A DNA stretch of 13,367 nt, taken from Selaginella moellendorffii. Lineage: Eukaryota > Plantae > Lycopodiophyta. Under the pieces are notes generated by a model. It did no database searches and was not told the DNA's origin. It saw only the letters and a program-made list of their open reading frames with translations. The stretch is from contig NW_003314299.1 of NCBI RefSeq assembly GCF_000143415.4, positions 1,738,099 to 1,751,465 on the forward strand. The letters run 5' to 3'. Position numbers and translations under genes: made by a program. This document shows, one piece after another, positions 1-10,564 of the stretch; positions within the stretch are counted from its first letter, which is position 1, and every line of letters begins with the position of its first letter.

Positions 1-24
1 CCCCCCCCCCCCCCCCCCCCCCCC
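1..24. repeat. poly-C run at window start
   Basis: 24 consecutive C residues running directly into the CCATCTC array; may be a contig-end sequencing artefact. Confidence 0.9.
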
Positions 25-370
25 ATCTCGAACTCCATCTCGGACTCCATCTCAGGTCCATCTTGGACTCCATCTCGGGTCCATCTCGGGTCCATCTCAG
101 GTCCATCTCGGACTCCATCTCGGACTCCATCTCGGGTCCATCTCGGACTCCATCTCGGACGCCATCTCGCGTCCATATTAGACTCCATCTTGGGTCCATC
201 TCGGACGCCATCTCGCGTCCATATTAGACTCCATCTTGGGTCCATCTCGGACTTCATCTCGGGTCCATCTCGGACTTCATCTTGGGTCCATCTCACACTC
301 CATCTTAGGTCCATTTGGGACTCCATCTCAAGTCTCCATCTCAAACTCCGTCTTAGACTCCATCTCGGAC
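23..370 (-). repeat. Minisatellite array, alternating 12/11-bp units (CCATCTCGGACT / CCATCTCGGGT; 23-bp dimer)
   Basis: Tandem units are directly visible, with an exact 46-bp higher-order duplication at 150-195/196-241. This array explains the spurious ORFs 190-393 and 236-523. Confidence 0.95.
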
Positions 371-420
371 ACTTTCACATGTCCCTTTTCTAGAACACTT
401 TCACATATCCCTTTTCTAGA
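369..420 (-). repeat. 26-bp tandem duplication of a PPT/3'-LTR junction (AGAAAAGGGAYA|TGTGAAAGTGT on minus strand)
   Basis: 369-394 and 395-420 differ at 1 nt. The minus strand reads a purine tract followed by TGTG, and the same purine tract occurs at 10111-10120 (+). Confidence 0.7.
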
Positions 421-423
421 GAC

Positions 424-537
424 TGTAGCGCACCTTATCTCTCTCCCCTTAAGCCAACTGGAAAGGGGCAATTGCTTGATGAGAGAGCCCACAGTGACAG
501 TATATCTAAATCTTATTCCATAATCACATGCGCTACA
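424..537 (-). repeat. TRIM 3' LTR (114 bp, ~48-bp internal deletion relative to the 5' LTR)
   Basis: TG...CA ends. Aligns to 822-983 except for the segment at ~890-937. Confidence 0.9.
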
Positions 538-550
538 CTCACCCCCCCTT
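538..550 (-). promoter_or_regulatory. Polypurine tract of TRIM (AAGGGGGGGTGAG)
   Basis: Purine run immediately upstream of the 3' LTR on the minus strand. Confidence 0.85.
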
Positions 551-807
551 CAGAGATGTCAATGTCCTCATTGACTATTGACTAATAACCTCTATTGAGC
601 CAAGGGGAATCAACACCTCCATTTCCACACTCAATCTATCAATATTATGTAGATACCTTTGTCTAGGATACTCCTCAAGAGGAAAGACGTACGCATGGAT
701 GCCCAATACATACGATTTCAAATTTAAGGGTAAGAATATACCTTGCTCAAGGGTATATTATATTTTTAAGTAGCCACTAATCAATGGGAATCGAACCCGT
801 GCCATTT

Positions 808-819
808 GCTCTAATACCA
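808..819 (-). promoter_or_regulatory. Primer binding site, tRNA-iMet (TGGTATTAGAGC)
   Basis: 11/12 match to the canonical plant TGGTATCAGAGC, 2 nt from the LTR end. Confidence 0.9.
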
Positions 820-821
820 AC

Positions 822-983
822 TATAACGCACCTTATCTCTCTCCCCTTAAGCCAACTAGAAAAGGGGCAATTGCTTGATAAGAGAGCCCTTAGTGGCTAT
901 TTTATCCCCATTTATCCCCCAAGGTTCTAAGGATTCACAGTGACAATATATCTAAATCTTATCCTATGATCACATACGCTACA
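822..983 (-). repeat. TRIM 5' LTR (162 bp)
   Basis: Direct repeat of 424-537, adjacent to the PBS. Confidence 0.9.
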
Positions 984-1183
984 AAGACTCACTTATTGCT
1001 CACTTCGTACTCGTTCCTCGAGCACTTCGTTGAGAATTCCACTCCTGTTCTCAACTTTTTGATTCAGAGCTTTTAGTCTAAATGTGTTACGCTCATTTGG
1101 CTTCTACCTCAGCCATTACCATGTAACACCCTTTCGGCTCCTCTTTGGGGCCTAGGGATTTTTTGTCTCACAAAAATCCACCA
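984..1183 (-). mobile_element. 3' untranslated/pre-PPT region of a Ty3/gypsy element (inverted homologue of 9911-10120)
   Basis: The reverse complement of 9911-10120 aligns colinearly, e.g. TGTGTTACG.TCATTTGGCTT.TACCT and TTCGGCTCC.CTTT. Sequence to ~1750 is probably further decayed interior. Confidence 0.8.
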
Positions 1184-1754
1184 TTCCAAAGAATAGTGAA
1201 TCATTCTATATCAACAATAATCAAGCAAAATCTTTTGACAAGGATAATCAACTATTCTAAATGATAATCAATCATCACAAATAATTGTTAGATGCAAATA
1301 CTAACTTCAACATTGAAGCTAGGATCCAAAATGCTTTCCCTAACAACTCCTAGCAAATGAAATAATGAGTATGAAAACTCAAAGAACCAAAAGCTCGAAG
1401 AAACTTATAGCCAAGTCTTTGCCTAATAATGATCATGAGTCTTACATGAAGTAACTTCAATGCTAAAGAAGAAATCATGGTATAACCCACAATATCCTCC
1501 TTAACACATCCATAAGCTAAACTTCATAATGCTAAAATTAATGAAGAGCATGTTTGCATCAATCCAAAAGCTAAGTATAACGAAGCTATGCTTAACAAGT
1601 GATCACTAAAAGATCCTCCATAAATCCATCTATAGCAAGACATAACTCACTTTATAACAAGCACAAAAAAATTCATCAATGATTGATATATCCCAACTCA
1701 AATCCAACAAGGATTCAATCATTTCAATATCAATCACTAACTCTTTTACTCGTA

Positions 1755-2003
1755 GAGATGGACCCGAGATGGAGTCTGAGTCAGAGTCTGAGATGGACCC
1801 AAGATAGAGTCTGAGATGGACCTGAGATGGAATTCGAGATGGACCCAAGATGGAGTCCAAAATGGACCTGAGATGGAGTTCGAGATGGATTCTAAGATGG
1901 AACCGAGATGGAGTCTAAGACCGAGACCAAGACTAAGACCGAGACTGAAATCGAGACTAAGTCTGAGCTTAAAACCGAGTTTGAGTCCGAGTCCGAGTTT
2001 GAA
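1755..2003 (+). repeat. GAGATGG minisatellite array grading into CCGAGA/CCGAGT hexamers
   Basis: GAGATGGACCC/GAGATGGAGTCT units to ~1920, then 6-bp units. It is the inverse orientation of 23-370. Confidence 0.92.
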
Positions 2004-2048
2004 TACTAATACAAGTTGTTGGGTGAAATCTCAAAGCGATTGTCCCTT

Positions 2049-2440
2049 AGGGGGGGCTGCAAAGGGTTCCAAAAGTATAGTAGGGAGAGTGTGGGCTAGC
2101 TCCCTTGAGAAATCGAATGGTCGATGCTCCCAATCCAAGTGTGAGTGGCACTACCTACTTGAATACCTAGTGTGGCTCAATAGAACCTCACTATAGCCTA
2201 TGGCTAGAGCACCCAAAGGCAGAAGGTGGGGAAAGTACCCATGAGGCTCATGTAGGGCCATGGTGTTCCAAAATGTTATCCCAAAGTCCTAGATTATGAA
2301 AAGGAAGAGGAGTAGTCCTCTAGTGTAGTAACCAAGGATAGGGTCACATGGTGAGGAAGTCCTAGAGGATAATGGGACTTAGTAATCAGGCCTGTGGGCC
2401 TTAACCCAATGGTAGTGTTGGCAAATACGGCCATGGACAG
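2049..2440 (+). mobile_element. PPT plus partial LTR related to 5433-5964
   Basis: AGGGGGGGC|TGCAAAGGGTTCCAAAAGTATAGTAGGG resembles the minus-strand start of the 5433-5964 LTR (TGTGAGAGGGTTTCAAATGTATAGTAGGG). A further shared block AGTACCCAT..CTC.TGT lies at ~2234. Confidence 0.65.
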
Positions 2441-2562
2441 TGTAGTGCATGTGATCATGGGGATGAAATTTGGATATATTATCACTGTGGATCCTTAGAA
2501 CCTTATGGTATAAATGGGAATAAACTAGCCACTAAGGGTTTTTTTATCAAGTAATTGCCCTT
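2441..2562 (+). mobile_element. 5' part of a TRIM LTR (second copy)
   Basis: Starts TGTAGTGCATGTGATCAT and aligns to the reverse complement of ~862-983. Similarity stops after AATTGCCCTT. Confidence 0.88.
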
Positions 2563-2569
2563 AAGGCTA

Positions 2570-5418
2570 GTATAGTTGACTGAATCACTTTTCAAGGAAA
2601 AGCCAAAACTCAACCCTTACTAAATAATCTTATCTAGAACATAACTAACTCAAACTTGCCACTCAACTTGTTTGAACACCACCATAGTTGCTAACTAATA
2701 AATGCACAAATGCCAATAACACAAAGCCATAGCCAAATCATCAACACTATCTTCATCGAAACAAACGAAACTTAATATTAATATTATGGAGAGACATTTT
2801 ATCTCACTTGAATCTCAACATCAACAATATCAATGAAAAAACATCACTTTAATGCTATCAACACTAAAACAAAGCTAGAAGAAAGCAAGAGTGAATCACC
2901 ACTTAAACCTCTTTAACAACCAAGCTAACCAAAGTCTAAGATACCTTAGTTAGTATCTCAAACCAATCCTCCAACAATATTTAATTACAGATAACACATC
3001 ATTAAAGAGCGATTCACCACGTCCAAGACTCAATGAAATCCAACACCACAGATTAAACACGACCAAATGATATTGACAAAGGTGGAATTGATATGCTAAT
3101 ATGGAAAAACCATCTAAGCGTATGACACGATCCTCGGCAACACCATCCAGTAAAGTAAGCCCATCACTGCTAAATCATCATTGAGTGAAGCAAGTGTTAA
3201 CAGTCCTCGACAAAGTCTATAACCAATCACTATTTGCAAAGCAAACTAACAATCACCCTTTAATTTGCTTTCACAAGACCCAAACACTAAAATCATACCA
3301 TTAAGTTATATATTTGGCTAACATGAACGTAATACCTTAGGTACAAGATAAAGGTTCATAGACAAGCATAAACTAAATGACCCCTTGAATCTAACTCAAC
3401 CGCAATAAAGTCACTAATGCATTTAGCCATTAGCTTTAAGTATGCTTTAAAGAGGCTAATTATGCATGATCAACACTCAACTGAAACTAAAGTGAAGACT
3501 ATGAGATGGACTCATATTGGTAGACAACCTCCTCATAAACAAAGCTATAGTACGGGTACCAACATCTCAACTTCAAACAACTAAGTTGGATATCATTATT
3601 CTTAGCCAAGGCGCAAGGCCACTAAGACCAAGTTAAGATCAATGAGAGCTCATTATTCTTATAGAATTTAATAAAATGCAAGGTGCAACCTGCCACCAAG
3701 CACAATGCTATAAAAGAAAGGGATAAGGGTCACCTTTCTAGAAAAATGCAATGGCCACTTTTCTACACTAATTCCAAACTCTATTTAACTCAATTGCCTT
3801 AGCCCTAAAAGTCAGCATCCTTTTTGGGCCACATTATACAAACTACCTAAAGTCTAAGTTAACCAAAGTCAACTCTAACCCCATCACTAGTTTGTACTAA
3901 CTTACAAAAATGGAATAATTTTTAGACAAAATAATCAACAGATTAGCCATTGGAAAAGTCTAAGAAAAATCATGAAAATTTTTCCATCCTACAAAAAAAA
4001 TGACTCTCAATCTAGGAATACAAACTTTCAAGACTCAACTAACTTCCTCCTACTAACAACTTCACATAGGTTCACCTCAACATAAATTCTCAAGATCCAT
4101 AGTATGCTTAAACCTTGAACATCATGCCCATATTTTTTATATCCAACACTAACATCCACAAAAATGCAAAATGAACATCCAAAGTTTGATCATGAAGACC
4201 ACATCTTTGAATATCCACATTGCACTAACACTCTTCTTCAACCACTTTCAAGATTCAATGTGAAGCTAAAACACTAACAAAAAAAATGACATAGAAAATC
4301 AAGCTCTAAGGAAAATTCCTCATCACTCAAAATAACAATGCCACTTCCACTAACACAAGTGCTAACAATGTCAATGCCTCAACTACACACCTTCTCCATC
4401 CAATAGTTTACTCCAAGTGTTAACGGATCAACCGACAAGTTATAACAAATGAATGCTATACCCTTTCCAACACTTTATGGGCAAGGTACCAACTTAAGCT
4501 TAATATAATGGACCACTATCGAGAATCAAGTCAAAGCTATTACAATGCTACTGCTTGCAAGTAGACTAGCTTCACCATCAACCATTTTGGGTTTGATCAT
4601 CGTTTAACCAAATAACTTTATAAACACATTGCTTATTATCACATGGATATGATATAAGTATTATAATGACTTGATCATCAATTGAGCAATACCACGAGCA
4701 ACACCCATGTCATTACTTCAAAGGTTTATATAACTATCAAGCGCCAACTTGATTCTACAAAATGCAATATAAATGCCACACTCCACCAATAGAGATTTAC
4801 AACACCCAACACCACTAACTTTTGTTCACAATATAGACAAGCTTATGCCACTTTCTTTTCGACCAAACTCAAAATTAATCCAACACCAAACTACTCAAGG
4901 AGCAATAGCAAAGTTCCCCGGAAAAGAATTGAACATTACAACCCAAGTCTTCAATAGCAAACTTAGATAAAATGGTTTAGCGCTTCACCGCTATCCATCT
5001 TGTAATCATGCCTAGGAAGGATCCACTAGTGCCATGCTAAAGAGCTACGGACTAGCCTATTTGCCACTCATAGCAAACCCAAGGAAGATTTACTTTCACT
5101 CACAATATATAGAACAACTCATGGAACCACCGATAGGCTAACATTAAATCTGCCAACTCAAAGTGTAACCCCAAGTTGCTAATGTGCCTCACTCACGAGG
5201 CCAAGCGTAAACTCATGCAAATGGAACATCTCATTCCATCCTATGAGCCCAAGAGCAAGCTCATATATTATAGTACAACAAGGTAACCAAATCCATATCT
5301 AAGGAACAATTGTGAAGCCTTTGCACCCAAACGTGTAATCACTCAGATCATCATTTTTATCTCTGCGTATGCAACGAGACTAGTTGCCTAATCTCATTGG
5401 ATAGTCGTTGAAACGTAT
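2570..5418 (-). pseudogene. Highly decayed Ty3/gypsy pol (RT-RNase H-integrase); gag/protease apparently deleted
   Basis: Minus-strand motif remnants in gypsy order: DGMRCSIC (5240-5217, cf. DG..RMC), WVVMF (4945-4931, cf. W.VMPFG), ILDSG (~4526, RNase H), IALCLVAG (3711-3688, cf. VALD.AGP), ANG (~3434, cf. Q.NG), WMVLPRIV (3149-3126). Many stops and frameshifts. Confidence 0.65.
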
Positions 5419-5430
5419 CCTTTGATACCA
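5419..5430 (-). promoter_or_regulatory. Primer binding site, tRNA-iMet (TGGTATCAAAGG)
   Basis: 10/12 match to the canonical PBS, 2 nt after an LTR-like ...CATTACA end. Confidence 0.8.
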
Positions 5431-5432
5431 AA

Positions 5433-5964
5433 TGTAATGCACATAGTTTTTACCCTTTATCCTATGATGATTTACCATAGGATAATTATGAAGTGGAACC
5501 TAAACCCTCCAAATGCCACATGTCATATGCCACGTGTCTAAAGGATAGTAGTGTGGACCCATGTTTTAAGGCCTTGGGCCACTGAACGAAAGAACAGTGC
5601 CAAACTCCCAAGCATGGAGCCAAGCAGCAATAGCACTGAAGCACGAAATGACTCCCGAGCATACAACCCAAGGAGCAAAGGGACAGGAGCACGGAGCAAC
5701 TTGGATCAGTCTACTAGCATCCCAATGCTAGAACCAACACGCAATATGGAGCCAAACAGAGTCTGGCGTTATTTCATCATACCGGTCGCCTAACACGAGG
5801 ATATGGGTACTCCACCAACTAACATGGAATGGAACTTAGGCTTAGAGCTAAGCCAGATGCAGAACAAGGACAGGCACACAAGCAGAAGCTAGACTATGCC
5901 TCAAGCTAGTTGGCTATGCCTGACTTACCCACTATCCCTACTATACATTTGAAACCCTCTCACA
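5433..5964 (-). repeat. 5' LTR (~532 bp) of the minus-strand gypsy relic
   Basis: TGT...ACA ends, adjacent PBS, higher GC than flanks, and homology to 2058-2440. Confidence 0.7.
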
Positions 5965-8900
5965 ACACCTTAGTATCAAGAGTTAGTCTTTGGGACAAGC
6001 TCGAAACTTACTAAATATGGAATGTCCCTAGATTGTGAATTTGGACATGAGATGAACACCATTGTGTTCAGGACAATCCCTACATTCCGTAGATATGCCA
6101 AATAAGCAAATCTAGACACTTTCCATAAATAACATTTGGGACCGAAATGAAACTAATATAAAGGGCATGATAGTGAAGGTGTTTGGCAAACACGGTAAGC
6201 TATCATTTAGCGAATATTAAGGGACTAAGCTCAATATCACGGGGGTTCCCAACACTAGCAAGTGTAAGTCAAAGAATGAGTTTCTCTAACTAGGTCTAGT
6301 ATGCTTGACTAATAACACTTAGGAATTTCGTCCTTATGCTCATTTAGTCAAGTGCACACGTGAAGACTAGTTTCTCAACTAGCTTAGGCAAAGACTGATA
6401 AAGGATCCAGCAATACCGACCTCTTGTCATCGTGGCAGTAAGGAAAGAATATTTGAAAGGACTAGCTGATAGGTAAGTTTCAATACCCGAAATCACATTC
6501 ATGACATAGAAGATGAATACAAGAAGATGTATTCTAGTGAACTGGCACCTCAAAAATAGCCAGGAGGCTGAGACTTTACAGGTCATTGAATTAACAAAGT
6601 CTAAAAAGCTGGATGATTCGAGTGGAGTCAAGGAATGGCCCTAAAGAATTAGTAAAAGCATTTGAACTAAGGTATGTTATACCTTATGAAGGACAGAAAG
6701 GATCATAAGATCCAAATATAAGAACAGGGGGTATCTTTATAGCAAAATGTGCTATACTAAAGTCATGGGAAAGATGTTCCTAAAAGAAAATAACTTTGGC
6801 ACAAAGTTGTCTGTGAACACTATGGTGCAATGCTAATTGATAGTTGGTATAAAAAACGACTGTTTTGGTTTTAGCAAAGGCCTAGACATAAGTGGGAAGT
6901 GTCGTAAGGGTGGGCTTATAGAGCTGATAGCGTAGAGACACCAAATGTGCCAAAGTATGATGCTTTGAGGTCAAGTTAGCAAGTTTATAAGAACCCCTTA
7001 CCAAAAGAATCCCAATGGAAATAGAAATGGCATAGCCTAATTAAAAGACATGCAGTTAGAGTGTGGTGACTCAAATAATAATGGAGGTGTGGAAGCACTA
7101 GCAATGAGTTGTAGGATTTGACAACTATGACGAAACTAAGCAAAAGGTGCAAAATAATTGATTGGATTAGTAGAAGTTAATTACTAAAAATTTTTTATTG
7201 GGATAAGGAGGTTAAATTTACCCCTTCGAGGGATAAATTGCTTATGTTAAGATATAATAAGTCAATGTTCACAAAGGGAAATGCTCATTGTCAAAAAAGG
7301 TCATCATTGGTACACCAAAACACTCTAAAACACCAGAGAGTGGTGTTTGGAATCATGAAGGTATTAGATAAAGCCCAAGGGACTAAATCTCTAACGAATA
7401 ATAGATAGGAAGTATTATTTAACGTATAAAGTTGCGGAAACGGGAAAAATCCATTTATCCAAATTGGATAAAGCCAAAAAGGGATTTTAGCATGGCTAGC
7501 AATAGGCATAAAGAGGCCTATACATAGAAACATTAATTTCAGTGTGTGGGATTACATGATGAGCATATCTAGATTGAAAAACCACTCCCTAAGTTATTGA
7601 GTAAGTTCATCATTAAGAATATTTGCTAAGGCATGGTAAAAAGTGCAAAACTACCTTTATAGACAAGAGAAGAATAACTAAAGGGAAGGCGTAAGGCCAA
7701 AAAGCAAGTAATAAAGGGATAAAACCAAAGCATAAAAATTGAAGGGTATAACCAAGGGTGGTTATACAAATTGAGAGTGGAAAATCAAGTAGGTGTTCGA
7801 ACGTGTTGCTATTAACAACTGTGATACTATAAAAAATTTAAAGTATGAAATTGTCTATATTGGACTATATAGCAATTAAAAAACTTGCGAAAAGAGGCCT
7901 TAGCAAACTAAAAGATATAATTACTTCAAAATTCCTAAATACAATTCTAGGTAAATTAGTACCAAGAAAGCCAAGTGTAAATGATTCGTAAAATGCGCGA
8001 AATCAGAGTGGTGCACCAGAAGTGTAGTTTTGAAGCTTGCCATGAGGCGAGGCTATCAAGGTTGGGGAAGTAGTCCCCAAGTGTTCAAAGAGATGGCTTT
8101 GAACAAAAGTCAATGGTTAAGGACTTTCATACTTATGCATAAAACTATGTTATGCTAGTTGGGTGAATTGTTAAGTGAGATTAGTAAGTCGGGGGGAATA
8201 AAAATCCTAGTTGAAGGTGTTGACTTCAAAAAGGGGTGGCATATAAGGCCAAGCATGGAGGAGTCCATGCATGATTACAGACTTATTATGTCAGAGGACT
8301 TGGCAATTTGGAGGAACTAAATTCTTAAGCTATAATCTTTAGCGCACTTTAAATATAAATTGGTGCACCAGCGTGGGGAGTCATGCCAAACATCCTGGGT
8401 GATGCTGCCTATAGATGCATATGCAAAGGTTGGGTTTGAGTCCTAACCCTCTAGTGCTTGGGTTCGAGTCTCAATTTACTAGGGTGTGGTGATGGTTTGG
8501 AATATAAGGACACTCATTTTTCAATGGTCATGGACTCTTAGTGAAGAGACTGGCTTGGGCACACCGCCAAGTGAAGGATGCCCCAGAGTCGTGATGCACT
8601 AAGCTATTTAGTGTAAAAGTTTGGCATACATAACTTGAACACTTTAGTATAAGTGGCACCAAAGACGTAGTGAATGAAATAGGGACACCCAATTTCAATT
8701 GTTATAGACCCTTGGCTGGAAGGGCTAACTTGGGCATACTACGAAGTGTGGGGATGCCCTTAGGGTCAACAAGTTAAAGGTCTGGAAGATTTAATACTTA
8801 TTGACAAATTTGTTAAAGTGTCAAAGTTAGATCACTAGGTGATTTTATGGCTAAAACAAGAATAAGGTCTTTGTGAGGTTAAAGAATAAAGTTTCTAGTT

Positions 8901-10120
8901 CAAAGTGTTTATTTAAACTATTGATAATGTTATGGCTTGGTCAAAGTGACCAAATGGGAAAGACATATAAGGGAAATGAGCTGCGACAATGCAGTGGTAT
9001 TAAATAAAGGGATTCATGAATAAGTCACTAAGTTAGACCATACATAAACCCCATAATAGAAAATGCTAAAAAGACCTACTAAAGGTGAACACCCTCTAGA
9101 GTTGGCAAAATAGAGGTTTTGCTATAGAACCAAAAGGATACCTCAAGGATGGAGGTAATAATCTTATACTACTCAGTGCAACAATCAACAAATAGAAGCA
9201 AAAAATTAGTGGCCAAGTTAGGGCCATGTAAATCATTAGAAAAAATCCAAACAACAAAGTTGAGCAAGGAACACTTATGTGTTAGATACTAATGGATTGT
9301 GGGGAAAAAAATATGTTTTCAAGGATGGATTCCCAAATGTTCTAATTTAGCAAAGGTGAAAGCTCCAAAGGAGGGAGCAATAAAGTAACCAAATGATAGG
9401 GTCATGGACAGCTTTAGCACAAATTATAGAAAAATGGAACTTAGTACCTAGAGTGGCATGAAATAAGAAAGAGGATGATGGTGCCCTAAAATAAAGAACT
9501 TCCTAGGATAAAGAAGTAGAGTTTGCACAACATATGCAATGCAAAGTGTCAGAGACACTTAAGAAATTAATTTTGAGAAGTCAGAATTAAAAGTTCCAAA
9601 GTGCAATAATTATGCTTATAGAGGCCGAAGTTACTCCTAAATAAGTAATCAAATTGAAATAGAGAAGGTGTCTAACGAGTTTAACGTGAACTAAACAAAG
9701 AAAAAGGGAAGGACCACCATAAATGGCTTAATGAGTCTTTCAGTTGGAGAAACTATACTCCTTAGAGGATAGAAAAGGCATGGTGAGCCTTCAGTGTTAA
9801 ACTATTGACAAATATTAGCCCAGTGCTAAGGATGGAAAGAGTAATACATACTGGTGTTACTTTATAAAATGGTTTATCATTCAATGAGGACATCAAACTT
9901 CATCTATGGGTGGTGGAGTTGTGAGACACAAATTCCCTAAGCCCTAAAGTGGAGCCGAAGGGGTGCCACGTGGTAGGGGCCAAGGTAAAAGCCAAATGAA
10001 CGTAACACAATTGAATTAAAAATTCTGACTCAAAAAATCAAGAGCGAGAGTGGAACTCCCAACGAAGGGCTCAAGGAATGAACACAAAGCGAGCAATGAG
10101 TGAGTCTCTCAAAAAGGGAG
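5965..10120 (+). pseudogene. Highly decayed Ty3/gypsy internal region (protease?-RT-partial RNase H-integrase, long 3' region, PPT)
   Basis: Plus-strand remnants: DHKIQI (6701), LITK (7177), PF-(fs)-GIN (7222, cf. MPFGLKN), KVIIG (7297, cf. KVFIDD), LAWLA (7487, cf. LEWL), VFERVAIN (7793), GAPEV (~8010), MPNIL..AYRC (8383-8418), WKG (8717, cf. W.GPY). PPT AAAAAGGGAG at 10111-10120. Confidence 0.75.
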
Positions 10121-10307
10121 TCTGAAATGGACTTGAGATGGACTTAAGATGAAGTCAAAGATGGAGTCCGAGATGCATCCGAAATGAAATCCAAGATGGA
10201 GTCTGAGTTGGGCCTGAGATGGAATCCGAAATGGACTCGAGACAGAGTCCGAGATGGACTTGAGATGGAGTCTAAGATAAAGTTTAAGATGAAGTCCAAG
10301 ATGGACC
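10117..10307 (+). repeat. Third GAGATGG minisatellite array (more diverged)
   Basis: 11/12-bp GAGATGGAGTCC/GAGATGGACTT units with many G>A and C>T changes. Confidence 0.92.
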
Positions 10308-10564
10308 TTTCCAGTTGGCTTAAAGGGAGAGAGATAAAGTGTGTTACATTTGGTATCAAAGCAAATGGCACGAATTCAATTCCCATTGATTAATGGTTAC
10401 TTAAAAATATAATATACCCTTGAGCAAAGTATATTCCTACCCCTAAAATTTGAAATCATACATATTAGGCATCCATGTGTATGTCCTTTCTCTTGTGTGG
10501 ATATTGGGCATCCATGTATATGTCCTTCCTCTTGTGTGGAGTATCCATGGACGAAAGTATCTAC
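10306..10564 (+). mobile_element. TRIM fragment: 3' part of 5' LTR (10306-10348), PBS (10351-10362) and truncated interior
   Basis: Reverse-complement homologue of ~649-863. LTR ends GTGTTACA, then TGGTATCAAAGC; similarity ends at GTATCTAC (10564). Confidence 0.9.
10462..10539 (+). repeat. 39-bp tandem duplication inside the TRIM fragment
   Basis: 10462-10500 vs 10501-10539 differ at 3 positions. The segment is single-copy in the TRIM at ~675-710. Confidence 0.9.

Larger units (their letters stand above)
424..983 (-). mobile_element. TRIM (terminal-repeat retrotransposon in miniature), non-autonomous, near complete
   Basis: Direct repeats at 424-537 (TGTAGCGCA...TGCGCTACA, perfect 9-bp terminal inverted repeat) and 822-983. 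PBS at 808-819, PPT at 538-550, TSD GAGAC (419-423)/AAGAC (984-988), and a non-coding 284-bp interior. Confidence 0.92.

Noticed and set aside
1-24. Poly-C as a biological terminus or G-quadruplex
   Set aside because: It sits at the window edge and cannot be distinguished from a poly-G sequencing artefact.
23-370. CRISPR-like array
   Set aside because: The units are contiguous tandem repeats without unique spacers, the context is eukaryotic, and no cas genes are present.
190-523. ORFs 190-393 and 236-523 (also 1630-1860, 1816-2196, 10144-10386, 10184-10393)
   Set aside because: These are translations of the stop-poor minisatellite and LTR sequence.
2325-2363. Resemblance to the 5S rRNA C-box region (GTAGTA..AGGAT.GGGT.AC...GGAAGTCCT), as in Cassandra TRIMs
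   Set aside because: The alignment needs several gaps, no upstream A box (AGTTAAGC) is present, and it is not inside the TRIM LTR. Chance similarity cannot be excluded; a cmsearch with the 5S model would settle it.
4773-7533. Short ORFs 4773-4970, 5486-5692, 5551-5793, 6344-6631, 7291-7533 (also 2294-2485)
   Set aside because: They lie antisense to pol relics or inside LTRs and have no recognisable motifs.
8431-8475. GGTTCGAGTC B-box-like motif / tRNA or SINE
   Set aside because: There is no cloverleaf or A box, and it lies within the decayed integrase as a short local duplication.
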